64,000 nt of DNA from Ruminococcus sp. GTDB lineage: Bacteria; Bacillota; Clostridia; Oscillospirales; Ruminococcaceae. The DNA lies in contig JAZNZK010000015.1 in the NCBI GenBank assembly GCA_045594905.1, forward strand, positions 144,960 through 208,959, given 5' to 3'. The translations under genes were made by a program, and so were the position numbers. Positions 60,301 through 64,000 of this stretch are shown here, piece by piece (position 1 is the stretch's first letter; every line of letters begins with the position of its first letter). The notes under the pieces are model-generated. The model was given only the letters and a program-made list of their open reading frames with translations. It ran no database searches and was not told where the DNA came from.

Positions 60301-63300
60301 TGTAAGTGTTGCTCCTACAACCTCGTTCTCACCTGTGATATCTTTCTTATCAATTGAGATACGTGAGATATCGTCCTTAACAGTAATTGTTCCGTCTTTT
60401 TCTACAACCTGTTCGCCTGTTGTATTTGATTCATCCAGTGTTACTTTACCGTCAGTTACTGTAAATTTAAACTTGGATACTACTGTGTAACCGTCAGGAG
60501 CTACTGTTTCTTCAAGTTCATATGTTCCATTTTTAAGACCTGAAATTGTCTTATTACCCTTGAATTCAATAACTTCAGTATTAGCGGTATACTCTGTATT
60601 GTCTACCTTAACGCCTGCAAAATCAGCAGATTCGTCTACTATTGTAAGTTTAAATTCTGCATCATTAAGAGGTGTATCTCCGTTAATATCTGTTTTGTTA
60701 ATTGAAACATCTGTTCTTGATTCAGGCTTTTCTGCCTCTGCGTCACATACAACAATTGTGTCGGGATTTGCTGATTCATATAAATAGTATCCCTTACCGT
60801 CTGCTTCTTCTTCGGTCTTAGGCTTGGATTCAGCACCATCAATTGTCTTATCTTCCTTTGTTACGATAACACCGTTTTTAATTTCAAATGTAAGGTCACT
60901 TTCAACAATTGTATATGTCTTTCCGTCCTTAGCTACGAATGTTCCTTCATCGTTTGCTGCTGTTTCGGATAACGTATACTCACCGTCCAGAAGTCCAACA
61001 ATTTCAACTGCTTTATCAGTAGATGTCCATGTTACACCGTGCTCAGCAGCTGTAAGTGCGGAATTTTCTTCAAGAATCTTATTCCACTGTGCTTCACTTA
61101 GTTCCTTGTTTGTAAGTGTAAGTGTTGCTCCTACTACTTCTTTTTTACCTGTGATATCTTTCTTATCAATTGAAATACGTGAGATATCGTCAGTAATTGT
61201 GATTGTTCCGTCCTTTTCTACAACCTTATCGCCTGTAGTATTTGCTTCATCCAGTGTTACTTTACCGTCAGTTACAGTAAATTTAAACTTTGATACTACT
61301 GTGTAACCGTCGGGAGCTGCTGTTTCTTCAAGTTCATATGTTCCATTTTTAAGACCTTTGAGCACTGTATTTGCGCCGCTGAATGTCAGTTCTTCTTTAT
61401 CCTTGCCAGCGTCAACATCATTAATCTTAACACCGTCAAAGTTATCAGGTTTGTCTCCGATGATTGTCAGCTTGAACTCAGCTCCGTCAACTTCTTCTGC
61501 CTTATCGCCTGAAATTATCTGCTTGCTGATTGTAATTTCATTTTTTTCAGCAGGCTTAGGAGGTTCCGGATTTGTTCCTTCAGGCTTAATGTTCTGAACT
61601 GTAATCTTCATTTCGTCGCCGCATGAAGTACCATTGTTTACATATGAAGTATCATAGCCCTTAACATTTTCTTCAACAATATAATAGAAATATGTAGAAC
61701 CTGTTTCGTTCATTTTAGGAAGGTCTTCCCACTTATATTTCCATTCATTAGCAGAACTAAGCTCTACAGTCTCAACCCTTTCGTACTGACGGCCAATAAT
61801 ATCATTAACAGGCTGTCCGTTGATTTTTGTTATTTTTCGTTTAGTGATTTTAGTTGGACGTCCCCAAATATCAGTTCCGTCTCCTTCATATTCTTCAATT
61901 GTTGCTTCAAAACCATTGCTATAATCGTTACCGTTAGGAATACATATCCACACTGTATTGTTATAAGTATTACTCAAGTTGGAAGTTGTATCATTGTAAT
62001 GTATGGTTTTAGTTTCTTCATCTATGGTTATGAGGTCTTTATACATCCAGAACATGTCTTTATTCCACATATCTTTCATCGTCATTACAGATGATAAAAC
62101 ATAATCTTCATACACATATGTAGAATACTGTTCTCCCCACATACCATCATTAAATGCATTATTATCATCTACCAACAGGTTACTATTCATGTCATAGTCA
62201 CCTACATCATTGCCTGTATTCTGCAACTTTTTAACCTGAATAACAGGCAGTTTTTCACCTGTTGGAACTGTATTATTTTTAGCTAAAGCATTCATACCTG
62301 AAGCTTCAATCATCGCATCAAATGCATTTTGATAAGCTGTTATAAGATTTTCTTGATATTTTTCCTCAAAATCCTTTGCTTCTTTATTATATCGTTCCTC
62401 ATCTTCTGTTGCAAGTTTATCCAATTCTTTAATATCAGCATCTGACTTTACAGAACGATAAAGCGTTACTCTTACTTTATCATTTCCAGTGCTGTTAATC
62501 CATTCTTTAGCAGCAATTATATCACCTATTTTTGCATCAGTAAGAGGTTGCATAAAGAATGCCATATGAGTTTCACCAGCAACCTTAACATCCTCAGCAA
62601 TAAAAGTACCATTTGTACTTTCCAAATGCAAATATACATCAGGAGCGAGGGCAGACATTGTTGCTTTACCAAGTTTTACAAGCATCTGTTCACTTTCACG
62701 TTCTGATGATGAAGCTGTGCTTGTAAATGAAGGTGCATTTGCAATATTCAAAAGAATATTTGTACCATTAGTTACCGTTCCTTCACCATTCTCAATAGCA
62801 AGTGTTGACTGGTTGCCCAAATCGTCCCACATTTTTTTATAATCAGTTTTGTCAGCCGTTTTTGCTAAATCATCAATTCCGTAATAAGTAATATTGCCAC
62901 AGAGAGTTATTAAGTCAATTTCTTTCTCTGTACCTTCATAGTCGCTCATATCAAGATTGATTACAACAGACTGATTGCCATTAATTCTTGTAGCATTGAT
63001 TTTCTTAACAGAAACGGTGTCTCCATTTTGAACTGTCATTTCAGTTTCATAACTTTCAAGATTCAATCCAACAATTTTTATCTTGCAATTATTAGGAGTA
63101 TTTGTTATTTTCTTTTCTGTTTCACCAGCCTCTGTTTTAGGCTCTGGAAATAAATCTGAATATTTCAGATTTATAACATTCTCGCCCTCAGGATTGAGTT
63201 CAATCAAAATACACTGGTCATCAGCTATTTTCTGCATTGTAACAGCAGCATTAGTATCCTTAGCAGCATATTCCTGAGATTTTGCCGCATAAGTTTCTTT

Positions 63301-63855
63301 CAAACTCTCAAAATCAATGAAATTTTCAGTCCAATGTCCGACATATGAGCTATCGAGTGTCGTTTTACGTTCGATTGAAATGCCATTTACATTAAATTTA
63401 TTTTTTGGTGTAGGATAACTTAACTTTTTGCCATTGTTATCATACGCTTCATAATCAGCAGGAATAATTACATCAGAAATATTATTCATATTAGCGGAGC
63501 TTGTATTCCATTCTTTTCCGATTACATTGAGAAGTCGTCCGATATACTGGTTAGGAGACGCTGTACCACCATATACATAAGGTGCGGCAACATTACCATT
63601 AGCATGAGGACCAACATCCGCCGTATCGAATGCAAAGATATGGAAATCACCTGCTACACCGAGAGGGCCGCCTCTGTACCACATAGATTCCTCATAAGGC
63701 TTGTCCATTATGGGAAGTCCGTCGTTTTCATTGTTCGCCGCCATAGCTTTCAACAGACCGCCATTATTGAGGGGGACAGCCTGCGTGAGAGCAGAAATGC
63801 CGAGTAAAGCCGAGGTAACACCGCTTAGGATGCGTTTCCCCAAAGATTTTTTCAT
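54376..63855 (-). CDS. Giant sortase-anchored surface protein (choice-of-anchor A-like, CnaB/SpaA-like repeats, poly-Thr tracts)
   Basis: Signal peptide; PLGVAGDFHIFAF..H.NGNVA; many K..GA.L.L..G.Y.L.E..AP.GY domains; APKTG-TM-RKKR. Confidence 0.9.
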   Translation of the reverse strand: MKKSLGKRILSGVTSALLGISALTQAVPLNNGGLLKAMAANNENDGLPIMDKPYEESMWYRGGPLGVAGDFHIFAFDTADVGPHANGNVAAPYVYGGTASPNQYIGRLLNVIGKEWNTSSANMNNISDVIIPADYEAYDNNGKKLSYPTPKNKFNVNGISIERKTTLDSSYVGHWTENFIDFESLKETYAAKSQEYAAKDTNAAVTMQKIADDQCILIELNPEGENVINLKYSDLFPEPKTEAGETEKKITNTPNNCKIKIVGLNLESYETEMTVQNGDTVSVKKINATRINGNQSVVINLDMSDYEGTEKEIDLITLCGNITYYGIDDLAKTADKTDYKKMWDDLGNQSTLAIENGEGTVTNGTNILLNIANAPSFTSTASSSERESEQMLVKLGKATMSALAPDVYLHLESTNGTFIAEDVKVAGETHMAFFMQPLTDAKIGDIIAAKEWINSTGNDKVRVTLYRSVKSDADIKELDKLATEDEERYNKEAKDFEEKYQENLITAYQNAFDAMIEASGMNALAKNNTVPTGEKLPVIQVKKLQNTGNDVGDYDMNSNLLVDDNNAFNDGMWGEQYSTYVYEDYVLSSVMTMKDMWNKDMFWMYKDLITIDEETKTIHYNDTTSNLSNTYNNTVWICIPNGNDYSNGFEATIEEYEGDGTDIWGRPTKITKRKITKINGQPVNDIIGRQYERVETVELSSANEWKYKWEDLPKMNETGSTYFYYIVEENVKGYDTSYVNNGTSCGDEMKITVQNIKPEGTNPEPPKPAEKNEITISKQIISGDKAEEVDGAEFKLTIIGDKPDNFDGVKINDVDAGKDKEELTFSGANTVLKGLKNGTYELEETAAPDGYTVVSKFKFTVTDGKVTLDEANTTGDKVVEKDGTITITDDISRISIDKKDITGKKEVVGATLTLTNKELSEAQWNKILEENSALTAAEHGVTWTSTDKAVEIVGLLDGEYTLSETAANDEGTFVAKDGKTYTIVESDLTFEIKNGVIVTKEDKTIDGAESKPKTEEEADGKGYYLYESANPDTIVVCDAEAEKPESRTDVSINKTDINGDTPLNDAEFKLTIVDESADFAGVKVDNTEYTANTEVIEFKGNKTISGLKNGTYELEETVAPDGYTVVSKFKFTVTDGKVTLDESNTTGEQVVEKDGTITVKDDISRISIDKKDITGENEVVGATLTLTNKDLSEAQWNKILEENSALTAVEHGVTWTSTDKAVEIVGLPDGKYTLSETAANDEGTFVAKDGKTYTIVESSLTFEIKNGVIVTKENKTIDGAESKPKTEEAAGGKGYYLYESANPDTIVVCDAEAEKPESVITINKQIISGDKAEEIDGAKFELRVDEKTEQTIDLSGVVIGEGDALGKVTSVEFDGNQKITGLKDGTYVLKETVAPDGYTVVSEFTFTVENGIVTENSAVTNGEVEVSKDGKTITITDDISEIKIDKTAVGNSELIDGAKFELRVDEKTEQTIDLSGVKIGEGDALGKVTSVEFDGNQKITGLKDGTYVLKETVAPDGYTVVSEFAFTVENGIVTENSAVTNGEVEVSKDGDRIVVKDEMTKATISKQELGAGTELPGAKLVITALDEKADLSKVTAKQGDKEFTFADIEKKNEISFVSGNEPTVLSMLPAGMYTLTEVTAPDGYEIAETIKFVIEPDGTIKVANGEDKNGNTHYDTVENGIVVMKDKPSEIHISKKEIAKSAELPGAILKVVLEEADKDGADLSGVKATQKGEKAKGFAISDDKMSIEFTSIAEAETVISKLPDGKYTLIEFQTPKDKDGKDSHLKAESIGFTVKNGEVKTITMSDKDKDNYLDGENVIAKGTTVTGIVMRDNTTTTTTVTSSSSTSETDTSTSETNTSTSTSTTETKTSTSTSTTETKTSTSTTETKTSTSTSTTETKTSTSTTTTTTSTTTTTQPTTTTYVVNINKVDVGGTEVVGARLELSGVDKDGEVITFGKGSITVGKDGELVNGVGETLVWISGTEATIVIVENGTYKLHEVAAPNGYEVATDITFEVKDGKVTVDGKVVDSIDMVDEKITTTTTTTTTTTSTTTTTTTTTTTTTTTTTSTTTTTTTTTTTTTTTTSTTTTTTTTTTTSTTTTTTTTTTTTTTTTTTTTTSTTTTKKPTTTTTTSTTTTKKPTTTTTTSITTTKKPTTTTTTSTTTTKKPTTTTSTTTTTTTTTTQPTTTTTYVVNINKVDVGGTEVVGARLELSGVDEDGKAITFGKGSITVGKDGELVNGVGEKLVWISGTEATIVIVENGTYTLHEEAAPNGYLKATDITFEVKDGIVTVDGKVVDSIDMVDERITTTTTTTTTTTTTTTTTTTTTTTTTTTTTAKPTTTTTTTTTTTTTAKPTTTTTTTTAKPTTTTTTTTTTTTTTTTTTTTTTTTTTTTTTTTTTTTTTTATTTTTTTTTTTTTTTTTTTTTTTTTTTTTTTTTTTTTTTTTTTTTTTTTTTTTTTAKPTTTTTTTTRPMIVLADIAINKVDSTNTEVAGAVVVLNGTDEEGKPIIFNKNNVTFGSGTDFIGDGEQLKWVTGNEPTFIKNLPDGEYVLQEVVTPDGYEPTDDIHFVISGGTVVNNTTNTVVLPAAKLGEVEISKQNVYGEEIVGAELTLTGKDADGNDIEFKLANVMPGQNAELITSEDGTELTWLSGSTPTYVKNLPDGTYVLHEVAAPSGYEVATDMTFTVENGALSGEIGVDSTSVTMMDDMIKTDVTISKENIFSQEIPGATLTLTGKDFTGRPVSFDSSDVTLGTGAELVSDGRTLTWISGTSGTNIKNLPDGTYVLHEEAAPSGYLVTTDIEFTIENGEVKGEVGVESNSVTMVDDMRVTDVALSKQNVYGKEIAGATLTLTGTDFAGNKINFNENALVLGEGAKFVSDGNALTWVSGTTASIVKSLPDGTYVLHEAAAPSGYEVATDITFTIKDGKLAGDVGVDSDSVTMMDDMTATDVYISKQDVFSKEVLGATLTLTGTDFEGNKVQFSKNNVVFGSGAEFVSEGEALTWISGTAPSLVKNLPDGTYVLHEVAAPNGYEVATDITFTIEDGKLSGDVGVTSDTVTMIDEMIVTTTTTTTTSSATTTTTTTVTADGGVTETTDTTTTEKATTTKKNTTTKKNTTTKKTTAKKDDAPKTGDAGTAIPVLTLAMAAATAFVLRKKREDEE
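56446..58357 (-). repeat. Three ACN-codon low-complexity tracts (poly-Thr)
   Basis: gtt/gta/gtg runs at ~56446-56941, 57290-57745, 58090-58357. Confidence 0.95.
59200..61350 (-). repeat. Near-identical intragenic duplications (360-bp and 816-bp offsets)
   Basis: 59221 vs 59581 and 60064 vs 60880 align almost base for base. Confidence 0.9.
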
Positions 63856-63962
63856 AAAAAATCACCCTTTCTTTAAATATAAAATATAGAAATATATATT
63901 AAAAAACGAGGACTACGAAACTCCATTTTCTCAAAACATAGCCTCTCATTTTATTACAATTT

Positions 63963-63991
63963 ATTATAACATATATTTTATTGTCGTGCAA
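63963..63991 (-). promoter_or_regulatory. sigmaA promoter of the giant protein gene
   Basis: TTGCAC-17-TATAAT with TG. Confidence 0.7.
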
Positions 63992-64000
63992 TACCTTTTC

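Noticed and set aside
54515-61597. Plus-strand poly-Val and other ORFs (e.g. 56231-57040, 57362-57844)
   Set aside because: Antisense shadows of the Thr-rich giant gene

Overview
Chromosomal window from a low-GC Firmicute, most likely a cellulosome-type Ruminococcus (inferred from two type-I dockerins with an NPDKYG motif, an APKTG sortase anchor and gene order). From 1 to 13.8 kb: mutL(3' part)-miaA-hfq-HlyD-like-yggS-sepF-ylmH-divIVA-ileS-lspA-rluD-HAD-split transketolase. From 14 to 24 kb: a frameshifted dockerin gene, AraC, a stack of palindromic MITE-like repeats, oppA, vanY, a 165-nt group IIC intron-like remnant, the SCIFF ranthipeptide pair and an ABC-F ATPase. From 24 to 36 kb: an 8-gene carbohydrate uptake operon (giant binding protein, 4 permeases, NHL/TPR, Yip1, DUF5696-like). 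From 36 to 42 kb: PhoPR, an unlisted 44-aa membrane peptide, a ChrA pair and a lipoprotein with a Pho-box-like site. From 42 to 54 kb: nth, a GH26+GH5 dockerin mannanase, coaX/coaBC split by a DUF4160/DUF2442-like pair, and DUF1846. The last 9.5 kb encode a 3159-aa sortase-anchored surface protein with very long poly-Thr tracts. No rRNA, tRNA, CRISPR array or intact transposase was seen. Family names come from motif recognition, not database searches.
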